Shown here one piece after another: positions 1 to 9,004 of a DNA stretch of 64,000 nucleotides; positions within the stretch are counted from its first letter, which is position 1, and each line of letters begins with the position of its first letter. The stretch covers positions 64,001 to 128,000 of the forward strand of contig CAWJPJ010000005.1 of assembly GCA_963844715.1 (NCBI GenBank), given 5' to 3'. Source of the stretch: an uncultured Phycisphaerales bacterium (lineage in GTDB: Bacteria; Planctomycetota; Phycisphaerae; Tepidisphaerales; Tepidisphaeraceae). Below the pieces are notes generated by a model. That model did not search any database, was not told the origin of the DNA, and saw nothing but the letters and a program-made list of their open reading frames with translations. The translations under genes were made by a program, and so were the position numbers.

Positions 1-1403
1 GCCAGGCTGGCCGTCGCGAGCAGGGCGTCGCCGCATCCCAGGGGATCGACCACATATCTTGAAAAGGCGGGCAGATATTCGCTGGCCAATCTTCCGGGCT
101 GGGCGCTGGGGTCTTGATGCTGTTTCCAGAACGTGACCAGGCCTTGCTTGCCTAGCGTGATGATCGCCTGCCTTGCCTCCGTGGCTTCGAGGAGGTTCCA
201 GACCACCGCGCCGAGGCCGCCGGAAAAATCGTGCAGGGTCTCGCGCACTTCGCGTTCAGTGGGGCAAAGGAGATCGACGGATTTGAATCTCAGGAGGCTT
301 GCCTGTCTTCCGCTCACGTCGGCGGTGAGGATCGGCACGTTCTTGCGCAGCTCGGGCATGATTCGGTCGAGCAGCGATTCGGTGATCAGTCCATATCCAA
401 AATCCGCGAAGATCACCGCCGCCGCGCCGCTTGCCGCGGACAGGATGGTGTCGGCCAGTTTGCTTTCCGTTTGCGAATCGATCGGGCTGATCGATCCGTC
501 GTCCACCTTGAAGAGTTTCGTTTGATCGACCAGGTACCGGTTCTTGCAGATCGTCTGCTTGCGATGGGTGGAACTCTGCACGGAGATGCCTGCCGATTTC
601 AGGCGCATAAAGGCCGCGTTCGAGGCGGCGTCTTCCGTCAAGGACGTAATGAGCGACGCTTGCGCTCCAAGAGCCGCGACGTGTGACGCGATCACGGCGG
701 CTCCTCCGTCGAAATCCTCCTGGCGAAGATGCCGCAGGGCCATCATCGGGCCTTCGCCGGCGACTCCTGTCGCATCGCAAAAATGATAGCGGTCCAGGAT
801 GTAATCGCCGACGACCACTACTTTCATTTGCGAAAATTTCGCAAGTGTGCGCTGGAGCGCCGCGCCGGTCAGGCCGAAGCGGTCGCGGAACCGCGCGACT
901 TTCTCGTCCATCAAGGCATCGCGATCGCCGAGGGTATTGATGAGGGCCGTCGACGAATAGACGACATCTCCGCTGGAGAAAACGACTTTTCCGCCGGCCT
1001 GCGTGACGGCGTCGCGCTCCGCCAAAAATCGCGGATCAAAATTTCGCTCGTATTCCTTCCCCTTGACGTATATGTCCGGCTGAAGCTGCGTAAGCAGCTC
1101 GACCGCCGTTGGTTCGGCGTTCACATGCACCCAATCCACGCACTCCAGGGCAGCCAGGCTGCCCGCCCGCAGATCATCCGGAATGAGCGGGCGATCCATC
1201 CCCTTGTTCACCTGCGAATCGGCGCTCACGGTGACGATCAGTTCGTCCCCGAGCGATCGGGCGTATTGCAGGTGTAAAATGTGCCCCGGATGCACGATAT
1301 CGAAGCACCCGTGGCAATGGACGACGATTCGCCCGGCCTTGCGCGCCGACTCCCGCACGCTCAGCAGACGCTCCAGATTGCAGACCTTCTTCCCGGGATT
1401 CAT
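1..1403 (-). CDS. HldE/RfaE-like bifunctional sugar nucleotidyltransferase + PfkB kinase (3' end runs off the window)
   Basis: Read by hand (absent from the ORF track because it has no stop in the window): ATG at 1403, MNPGKKVCNL...HGCFDIVHPGH (cytidylyltransferase HxGH), then VVVGDYILDRY...DPLGCGDALLA (PfkB signature), one open frame to position 1. Confidence 0.85.
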   Translation of the reverse strand, partial: MNPGKKVCNLERLLSVRESARKAGRIVVHCHGCFDIVHPGHILHLQYARSLGDELIVTVSADSQVNKGMDRPLIPDDLRAGSLAALECVDWVHVNAEPTAVELLTQLQPDIYVKGKEYERNFDPRFLAERDAVTQAGGKVVFSSGDVVYSSTALINTLGDRDALMDEKVARFRDRFGLTGAALQRTLAKFSQMKVVVVGDYILDRYHFCDATGVAGEGPMMALRHLRQEDFDGGAAVIASHVAALGAQASLITSLTEDAASNAAFMRLKSAGISVQSSTHRKQTICKNRYLVDQTKLFKVDDGSISPIDSQTESKLADTILSAASGAAAVIFADFGYGLITESLLDRIMPELRKNVPILTADVSGRQASLLRFKSVDLLCPTEREVRETLHDFSGGLGAVVWNLLEATEARQAIITLGKQGLVTFWKQHQDPSAQPGRLASEYLPAFSRYVVDPLGCGDALLATASL

Positions 1404-1486
1404 GGATACGCATCTCTATCGGCCGAAATGGGCCGGATGGTTGAAGAATTATCGGACGGGCCGCCGATAACGAGAGCAGCGCCGAC

Positions 1487-3660
1487 ATGCACCAAACCCT
1501 GGAATCCTTCTCCCCAGCCGCCAGGCAGATCGCGGAGCATTTGCGCCGCCGACCGCTGGCGCGAGGCGGCGGACCACCTCTCCAACCTGCCGCGGCGAAC
1601 TTCGCAGGCGCAATTCCGTCTCCATTTCGCCCGGAACATGGCCGCGACGGCCGAACATCGGCCGGAAATCCATCGCCTGCTGATCGATTCCCTTTCCAGC
1701 GCGGGGAACGAATTTCCGATCGTGCGCGGAAAATACGGGCGGTGGACCCTTGCCAATCAGCCCGACGATCCGACGTCGTCCACGATGCAGACGTTGGCCG
1801 AACTGAAGCCCGCCTGGAAATCCGGCAAGGCGCTGGCGGTCTGCGGACTCGGCGACGGGAATGTGCTTTCCGCACTGGCGAACTTTTCCCCCAAGCTGCT
1901 CCTCGGCCGCGAGCACCCCGTCTTTCTCATCGAGCCGCGCACCGACCTCGTTCTCTCCCTGCTGGCTCTGCACGATTTCGCCAACCCCGACGGCCCGATC
2001 CGACAAAAAAGATTCTTCTGGTCCATCGGGCCCGATTGGCAAAGGCAGTTCCGGCAATGTTTCCTCGACAATCCGCTAGTGATCTTCCCGGAATCCCAGA
2101 TCGGGCAAGGCCCGGACATCGCCGCCATCGATTCGCAACTGCGCAAGACGTTGGTTGAACTTGTTGAGCTTGATCGAGAGCTGGCCAAAAAAATCGACGC
2201 GATTTACGCAGACGTTACGCCCTCGAAATTAGCCGACCTTTTCGGTGCCAATCCCCCTCGCCCGCCGCGAATCCTGCTGGTCACCAGCCGGTTTACCACC
2301 GTTCTTCAATATTCCACGGCAGACGCGGCGGACGCCTTCGCGAAACTCGGCTGGGAAACCCGGACCCTCGTCGAGCCGGAGGCGTATCATTCCCTGCGTA
2401 AAAGCGCCATGCGCCACGCCATCGCGGATTTCCGGCCCGATCTCGTCCTCGTCATCGATCATCTCCGCCACGAATACGACGACGTTTTTCCGGCGAATCT
2501 GCCCTTTGCCTGCTGGATTCAGGATCACCTCCCCAATCTCTGCAACGCAAAAGCCGGCGAGTCGATCGGCACGCGCGATTTTGTTCTGACCGCCATTGGA
2601 ACCCATTTCGTGCAAAAACATCGCTACCCGGCGGGCCAGATCGTCGATCTCCCGAACCTGGCAAAAATTCCCAAGCGCCCGGCGGCGTGGAAAAGCGACG
2701 GTCTGGATCTGGTCTACATTTCCAACTGGACGCAAAGCACGGATGAGGTGATCGAAAAAATTCTACCCGCGCGGCAAATCAGCCCAACGTCCGCGCCGTT
2801 GCCGAGACGTCCATCGCGCGGATTCTGGCGGTTTACGATCGGGGAGATTGCCTGGCCACGCAGCGCGAGGTGCGATGGGTTGTCGAGGCCGCGCAAAAGA
2901 GCGCGGCCGCGCCATCGCCGACCCGGCCGTCGCTGACGACCTCGTCAATCTCTTGTGGGATCGGCTCAACAACCATCTCTATCGGCATCAGGCGTTGCAG
3001 TGGGTCGCCGACCTGGCAAAACGAAAAGACCTCTCGTTCGGTCTTTACGGCCGCGGCTGGGAAACCCATGCGCAGCTTCACGCCTTCGCCCGCGGCGTGG
3101 TCAAACCGGGTGAAGACCTCGAAAACCTGGTGCGAAAAAGCCGCATCAATCTCCAGCTTGAGCCATTCGCGTGTTTCACTCATCCGCGCTTGCTCAACGG
3201 CCTCTTCGCCGGCGGGTTCTTTCTCATCCGCGATCATCCGTTTAATCGTCTGCCGCAGCGGCTGCTGGAGTTTCTGGCCGCGAATGTTTCGGACGATGTC
3301 GAAACCGTCGCGCAAGTGCGGGACGCGATCGCGCCGGAAAATCTCGAACAATTCGAATCTCTTTTGCGCGAGTGCGCGGCGATGTCCGAACAGGCCGACC
3401 CCGTGCAGATGACGCGCAATTGGCAGCGGGCCGGGCTCATTGCAGCGCAAAATCCGCCGGGCCAATATTTGGACCCGATATTTTTTTCAAATCCCGCCGG
3501 TTTGGAGCGAAACGTTCTGCATTTTGCCGCCGATGAAGATTTGCGCCTTCGCGTCGCGGCTGATCTGCGCCGTGAGCTGGAAGGGCGTCTTAGTTACGAG
3601 TCCGGCTTTGGCCGCGCTGTGCGGCGAATCGAAGAACTCTTGCGGGCATTACGAACGTGA
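1487..3660 (+). CDS. Large glycosyltransferase-like protein (CgeB/GT1-like C-terminus, Maf-like N-terminal region), frameshifted
   Basis: Joined ORFs 1487.., 1281..2936 and 2848..3660; motifs AVCGLGDG...VFLIEP, FRPDLVLVIDH, LYGRGW...SRINL...HPRLLNGLFAGGFFLI. Confidence 0.6.
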
Positions 3661-4872
3661 AACTCAGCTACGTCATCATCTCGTACAACCGCCGCGATAC
3701 GCTTCTGCAAACGCTGGCGCGGCTGAAGAAGGTGACCCCCATCTCGCGCAACCAGTGGGAAGCGTGGGTCGTCGACAATGCCTCGACCGACGGCTCCGCC
3801 GAGGCCGTCCAGCAGCAATTCCCGCAGGTGCATCTCATCCGCAACAAAAAAAATCAGGGGATGTTCGCCCGCAATCATGCCTTTGCGCCTGCGCCGGGAA
3901 ATATATCGTGAGCCTCGATGACGACAGCTACCCCGCCGACGCCCGCGCCGTCGGTCAGATCCTGTCTCACATGGAGGCCAATTCCACGACCGGCGCGCTG
4001 GTCGGCAAGGTCGTCCTCCCCGACGGCTCGCTCGAAGGCCCGGCTCTTCCCGGCATTCTCATGGGCGGGGCAAGCTGCCTCCGGAAATCGGTGATCGACG
4101 CCACCGGCGGATTCCGGCCCGAGTTTTTCCGACAGGCCGAGGAATACGATCTCAGCTTCCGAATCTGCGCGCCGGCTGGCGCGTCGAACGCTCCGAGCAG
4201 ATCGTTTTCCGCCACGACAAAGTCCCGGGCGACGGGCGGCCCTCTGCGCTGGTTCCCAAGTTGGACCTCCGCAACAATCTCATCATCGCCCAGCGATTTC
4301 TGCCCGAAAAAATCCGCCAGACTTATTGGGACGATTGGAAAAATCGATATGCCGCGCTGGCCCGCGGGAAAACCAGCGAATTGGAAATCCAAAAAGCGAT
4401 CTGGAGCGCCCGCCTGTGGCGGCTGCGCGACTCTTTCTTCGGCCGCCAGTGCCTTGACGAATCGGCGCTGGAAACCATTTTCCAGTTCCGCCACCAATCC
4501 ACGCTTATCGGGCAGTGGGCGAGGAGAAACAGCGTGTGGCGAGTCGTCCTGGCTGACTTCAGCAAGAACATTTATTCGGCGTACAACGCCGCGAACAGTT
4601 GCGGGCTTCAGCTCCGCTGCATCGCCGATGACAACAACGCATTTAATAACTGGGAATATCGCGGCTTGCCGGTTGTTCCCACACACCAAGCCTTCGAAGG
4701 CGGCGGCATCGACGGCGTCATCCTCACCAACATCAACCCCGCGCAAATCGACGCCAGACATCAACATCTCACCAGAGTGTTCCATGGCCCCGTGCTGAAA
4801 CTCTGGCAACCGCCACGGGAAGCGACGCAATCGGAAATCCAACCCGAAGAACGCCGCGCGGATGCGGCGTGA
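3657..4872 (+). CDS. Family 2 glycosyltransferase, frameshifted
   Basis: LSYVIISYNRRD...VVDNASTDGS, then YIVSLDDDSY...GGFRPEFFRQAEEYDL, then C-terminal ORF 4261..4872. Confidence 0.85.
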
Positions 4873-4884
4873 TTCAATCTGACG

Positions 4885-4925
4885 CCTCGCCCCATGTATT
4901 CGTGGGGAGAGGATGGGTGAGGGGC
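4885..4925. repeat. REP-like palindromic element (CCTCxCCCC...GGGGAGAGG-xxGGGTGAGGGG)
   Basis: Matches the reverse complement of 8911-8950; lies just after a stop codon. Confidence 0.7.
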
Positions 4926-5428
4926 GTCTTTCGTGGTTCGACCGAGGGGTGGATTACAAAAAAGAGGTACGTCCCCTTAATTCGAATCGGGGGGGTGGAT
5001 TAGAGAAAAAGAGGTACGTCCCCTTAATTCGATTCGAATTCAATTCAATTTGCGGCAAGCTAAAATATCAAGGTCCGCCTTTGGAGCAGGTAATTTATAA
5101 TTGGCGACGCATATTCGGAAGGTTCATCGTCGGAGTCGTGATTGGCGGCTTCGGTGGGACGATACTGTTGGGTACGCTTGGCCTCCTTACCATAAATTTC
5201 ATTCCAACGATCTATTACTCCTATTCGCGCCTTCCGGCGCTTTGGGTACTTTCGCCAATTTACATCATCGCCCTTGCAAACGGATTGTATAGCGGGATCG
5301 AGCAGCGCCGCGATCAGCGACGGCGATATTGGATGCGAACCGGGTGTTGTAAGTATTGCGGTTATGATCTCCGCGGCACACCTGATCTTCGCTGTCCGGA
5401 ATGCGGACACGAATTGAAGAACCACTGA
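4913..5428 (+). CDS. Membrane protein with C-terminal zinc ribbon (true start probably later, ~5081)
   Basis: Two hydrophobic helices then [20 protein letters not shown]; locally AT-richer. Confidence 0.65.
   Translation: MGEGRLSWFDRGVDYKKEVRPLNSNRGGGLEKKRYVPLIRFEFNSICGKLKYQGPPLEQVIYNWRRIFGRFIVGVVIGGFGGTILLGTLGLLTINFIPTIYYSYSRLPALWVLSPIYIIALANGLYSGIEQRRDQRRRYWMRTGCCKYCGYDLRGTPDLRCPECGHELKNH
4946..5032. repeat. Tandem direct repeat, 2 units, period ~47 bp
   Basis: AAAAAGAGGTACGTCCCCTTAATTCGA identical at 4959-4985 and 5006-5032, each preceded by GGGGTGGATTA. Confidence 0.85.
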
Positions 5429-5508
5429 TGCGAGGCCGATATTTAGCCGCCCATTACGCCGCTCTGAGATCAGCTCTGCATCGTTAAGTCGTCTCCAAGG
5501 CGCAACAG

Positions 5509-5718
5509 TCATCCGGCGATCGTCTCGCCGCGCCCCGTCCCCTCGGGAAGGTCGACGACCTTGATATGCAACCTCTCGCGCAACTTCTCCGTGGCGCGCT
5601 CAGCCTGTTCCGCCAGCTTGGCGATGTCTCCGCCGGCCTCTTGCGTCAGCCGTTCGCGAACACGCCGAACGTCATCAACAGGCGTCGGCTCGTGCGGGAT
5701 CGATGGAGCTTTATTCAT
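5509..5718 (-). CDS. Small helical protein, probable partner of the PIN toxin
   Basis: MNKAPS...PVDDVRRVRERLTQEAGGDIAKL; overlaps the PIN gene stop. Confidence 0.6.
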   Translation of the reverse strand: MNKAPSIPHEPTPVDDVRRVRERLTQEAGGDIAKLAEQAERATEKLRERLHIKVVDLPEGTGRGETIAG

Positions 5719-6191
5719 TGTCCGTCTCCTGAAGAAGGTCGGGCGTGACAAACATAGGGGCCGCCAAGCCTAGTCTCATGCAGATCACGCCCAAATGCGT
5801 TCGTTTGTTCGGATTGGCCATGTGCTGCACATTCCAGGTCAGCACGTAATCCATCCGATGCAGCGTCGCCGTCGGCCACGTGTAGCGCATCACCGCCGTC
5901 CGCCGGTCCCGGCATGATTCGCTCCTTCACGAACAGCGCGGCAAGGGCCACCACTTCGGGCGGCTGGCTCAGCGAGGGTAGGCCATCGAGCATCGCCAGT
6001 GCCTCTTTACTTCCAGGGAAATCGGGTGAACCCAACTCGTTTACCACCGTCGGTGATACGAATAACTCAAATCGCCGCGATTGCATCTGCCACCATTCTA
6101 GGCTCGACGCCCGCCACCCAACGCTTTCATCGCTCGTTCGCGTGCTCACGCAAGCGCTGAAATAACTCGTTTCGAGTTACACTTTTTGCAC
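5711..6191 (-). CDS. PIN-domain (VapC-like) protein, interrupted in this sequence
   Basis: GTG-QKV(TAA)LETSYFS...VSPTVVNEL...DALHVA / ATLHRMDYVLTWNVQHMAN; one in-frame stop near the start and one frameshift near 5875. Confidence 0.75.
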
Positions 6192-6308
6192 CGGCGGATT
6201 CTATTCCGAAAACGGCCTCGAAGCGAGTTGCTGCGAGGGCCCCGCCGCCTTCTGCCGACCGGTTCAAACCAGGCCGCTAAACCAGATTTCGACTCGTCCA
6301 CTTCCCCC

Positions 6309-6338
6309 TTGACACCGATACTATGTATAACATAGTAT
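6309..6338 (+). promoter_or_regulatory. Sigma70-type promoter with overlapping palindromic operator
   Basis: TTGACA (6309-6314)...TAGTAT; perfect inverted repeat ATACTATGT-ata-ACATAGTAT at 6318-6338 just upstream of the PadR gene. Confidence 0.75.
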
Positions 6339-6350
6339 TGAAAGTAAGGC

Positions 6351-6692
6351 ATGGAGAACAAATCCCAATTTCTCAAAGGGTGCACGCGCACGCTGGTTTT
6401 GCAACTTCTGGCGCAGCGGCCCATGTATGGGTATGAACTGGCCGCGGAACTGGATCGGCGGACCAGCGGGATTTTCGCGCTTGGGCAGGGCACTTTGTAT
6501 CCATTGCTTTATTCGCTGGAAGCCAAGGGGCAGATTCGGGTCAGCCGGGAGGAAAATTCGCCTCAGCAGGGGCGCAAGCGGCGGTACTACGCGATCACCG
6601 CCAAGGGGCGCACCGAGCTCGAGGCCAATGTCGTCACATGGCGTGAAATCGCCCGCGGCATGCGCCTGGTCCTGGAGGCTCCCCATGCGTGA
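6351..6692 (+). CDS. PadR-family transcriptional regulator
   Basis: LKGCTRTLVLQLL...PMYGYEL...GTLYPLLYSLE...RKRRYYAITAKG. Confidence 0.95.
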   Translation: MENKSQFLKGCTRTLVLQLLAQRPMYGYELAAELDRRTSGIFALGQGTLYPLLYSLEAKGQIRVSREENSPQQGRKRRYYAITAKGRTELEANVVTWREIARGMRLVLEAPHA

Positions 6693-7257
6693 CTCGTTGG
6701 ATAAATATCTCGAAAACGTCCTCTGCCACGCCGACCTCGCTCGCGGAGACGAGCGTCAGGTCCGCGCGGAATTGGCGGAGCATTTGCAATCGCTGGTTGA
6801 AAAATCGGGTCAAACCAATCCCAAGGAGATTTACACCATGCTGAGCGAACAATTCGGCTCTCCCAGGCGCATCGGCCGAGCCATCGCGGCCGCGAAGGGG
6901 CGCGTCCGGACCTATTTCAAGAAGCAGCTGAGGAAGCTTCCGCTGCGCGTCGCGATCCTGACGCTGCTGGTATTGGGGGTTCGCCACTCGATCGCCCAGG
7001 TCTTTTACGTCCCCGGCCGCGGCGTCGAGCCGGAGATTCCGCGCGGCGCCCACGTCGTCGTCTATAAACTCGCCCATGAATTCCAGCCGGGCGACATCGT
7101 CGTCTACCGAAGCGCCATCGGCGACTTTTTCATCGGAACCATCGACCACCCAACTCCCACGGGCTGGCTCGTCGCCAAATACTCCGGCGCCTGCCGCCAG
7201 GTCCATGACGTCCGCCCCGACCAAATCATCGGCCGAGTTATCCTCACCACCCGATGA
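6685..7257 (+). CDS. Permease-prefix/HAAS-like domain + TM helix + degenerate S26 signal-peptidase-like domain
   Basis: LDKYLENV...VRAELAEHL...QFGSPRRIG; then QVFYVPGRGVEPEIPRG...GDIVVYR...IIGRV; overlaps PadR stop. Confidence 0.7.
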   Translation: MRDSLDKYLENVLCHADLARGDERQVRAELAEHLQSLVEKSGQTNPKEIYTMLSEQFGSPRRIGRAIAAAKGRVRTYFKKQLRKLPLRVAILTLLVLGVRHSIAQVFYVPGRGVEPEIPRGAHVVVYKLAHEFQPGDIVVYRSAIGDFFIGTIDHPTPTGWLVAKYSGACRQVHDVRPDQIIGRVILTTR

Positions 7258-7283
7258 GGCGACCAAACCACTGACTTTTTTCT

Positions 7284-7358
7284 TTATCCGCGCCCATCCG
7301 CGAAATCCGTGATCAAAATTCTTTTTTAACCGCGGATTTCGCGGATGAGCGCGGATAA
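7284..7358. repeat. Inverted repeat of 9-bp periodic units (ATCCGCGnn)
   Basis: TTATCCGCGCCCATCCGCGAAATCCGTG ... CGCGGATTTCGCGGATGAGCGCGGATAA with AT-rich spacer. Confidence 0.85.
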
Positions 7359-7456
7359 GTTCAATACAAGAATTCTTTTCGGTTTGTCCTCTGGTTCTTC
7401 CCAGCCGTCCGCGGTGATGCTTTTGTCTTTGTCGAAAGTGCCTACACTCACGGGTC

Positions 7457-8879
7457 ATGACCGCGTCTGACCGCCTGCGGCGGCCTATTGTTGAGCTTCT
7501 CTTTCTGGCGGCGCCGACCGTGCGCGCAGATGGCGTCGTACACGGTGATGCAATTCATCGATACGTGGATTCTATCTCGCCTTAGCGGGGACGCCGCTAC
7601 GGCCGCGGCTAACAGCGGAATCCTCACTTTCTCCGGCATCAGCTTTGGCATGGGGGTTCTGGCCCTGGTCAATACCATGGTCAGCCAATCCTTTGGGCGG
7701 AAGGAATTCCTGGACTGCGGCAAATACCTTTGGCAAGGGATCTGGCTTGGGCTGTTTCTCGGGCTCGCACTCGCCTCATTCATCCCATTGGGAAATCGCG
7801 TGTTCCTAGCCTTCGGGCACGCACCGAATTTCGCCGCCGTGGAAGCCGTTTACTGGCGCATTGTGCTGCTGGCGGCGACCGTCAAACTCCTCTCCATGTC
7901 GATGGGACAGTTCCATCTCGGGATCGACCGGCCGTTCTCGCCGTTCATTGCCGCCATCATCGGCGTCACGATCAACGCCGTCGCCGCCTGGTGCATCGTG
8001 CTTGGCCGCTGCGGGTTTCATTCTTACGGCGTCGCCGGGGCGGCGTCGGCGCAGAACATCGGCGTCACCGTCGAAATGCTCGTGCTTCTCGTGTTCTGCC
8101 TGCGGCCCGATGTCAGGAAAATTTACGGCACACTCCAAATCCGCCCACGCCTCGACTATCTGCTGGCCCTCGTCCGCGTGGGCTTCCCTTCCGGATTGAA
8201 TTGGTTCAGCGATGTCCTTGCGTGGGGTTTCTTTTGCAACGGCGTTTTGGCGGTCGTCGGCATTGCTGCCATGCAGGCCAATGTCTTTATGCTCCGGTAC
8301 ATGATCGTGAGCTTCATGCCCGCCGTCGGCATCGGGGCCGCCGTCACAGCGCTGGTCGGGCGGTACATCGGCCGGGGGGAGCCGGATATCGCCTACCGCC
8401 GGGCGCATCTGGGTTTCTTCGTCTCTCTCGCCTACGTCTGCGCCTGCGGCGTCGTCTTCATTGTCTTTAGAAAACAGCTCATGAGCCTCTTCACCACCGA
8501 CCCCGAGGTCCTTCGCATCGGCGGGATGTATCTCATCTTCGCTGCCGTCTACGAAATCTTTGACGCGATGTATATCAACTACATCGCCGCCCTGCGCGGC
8601 GCGGGGGATACGTTGGTGCCGGCTGTCGTCATGGCGATCCTTTGCTGGACTATCTCGGTCTTAGGCGGCTGGGTCGTGGCCAAATATGTCCCCGGCTGGA
8701 ATCCGGCGGGGCCGTGGGTCATGGGCTGCATTTACGGCGCGGTCATCGGGATATTCATGTTCGTCCGCTTCCAAACCGGCCAGTGGCGCCGGATCAGACT
8801 CGGACCCGGAAGACGTTTACCATCTGGCGCGGAATCCTTTCCCCTCTCCCCCTCCTTCAGTTCCGGCACGGCGGGATAG
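7457..8879 (+). CDS. MATE family efflux transporter (frameshift near 7525)
   Basis: ELLFLAAPTV / QMASYTVMQFIDT...VSQSFG...LVGRYIGRG...ALRGAGDT; about 12 TM segments. Confidence 0.9.
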
Positions 8880-8950
8880 GGTGAGGGGCGAATCTCGACG
8901 GTCGAGCGCCGCCCCTCACCCTAACCTCTCCCCGGAGTACCGGGGAGAGG
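8841..8950. repeat. Pair of inverted REP-like palindromic elements
   Basis: ...GGGATAGGGTGAGGGGC...GCCCCTCACCCTAACCTCTCCCCGGAGTACCGGGGAGAGG; same family as 4885-4925. Confidence 0.75.
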
Positions 8951-9004
8951 CGTTAAATGGCCGGCCTCGAATGTCGCCACTACCTCGGCTAAACTTCAAT
9001 ATAT

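Noticed and set aside
4946..5032. Mini CRISPR array
   Set aside because: Only two units, the intervening sequence is itself partly repeated and short, and no cas genes are present
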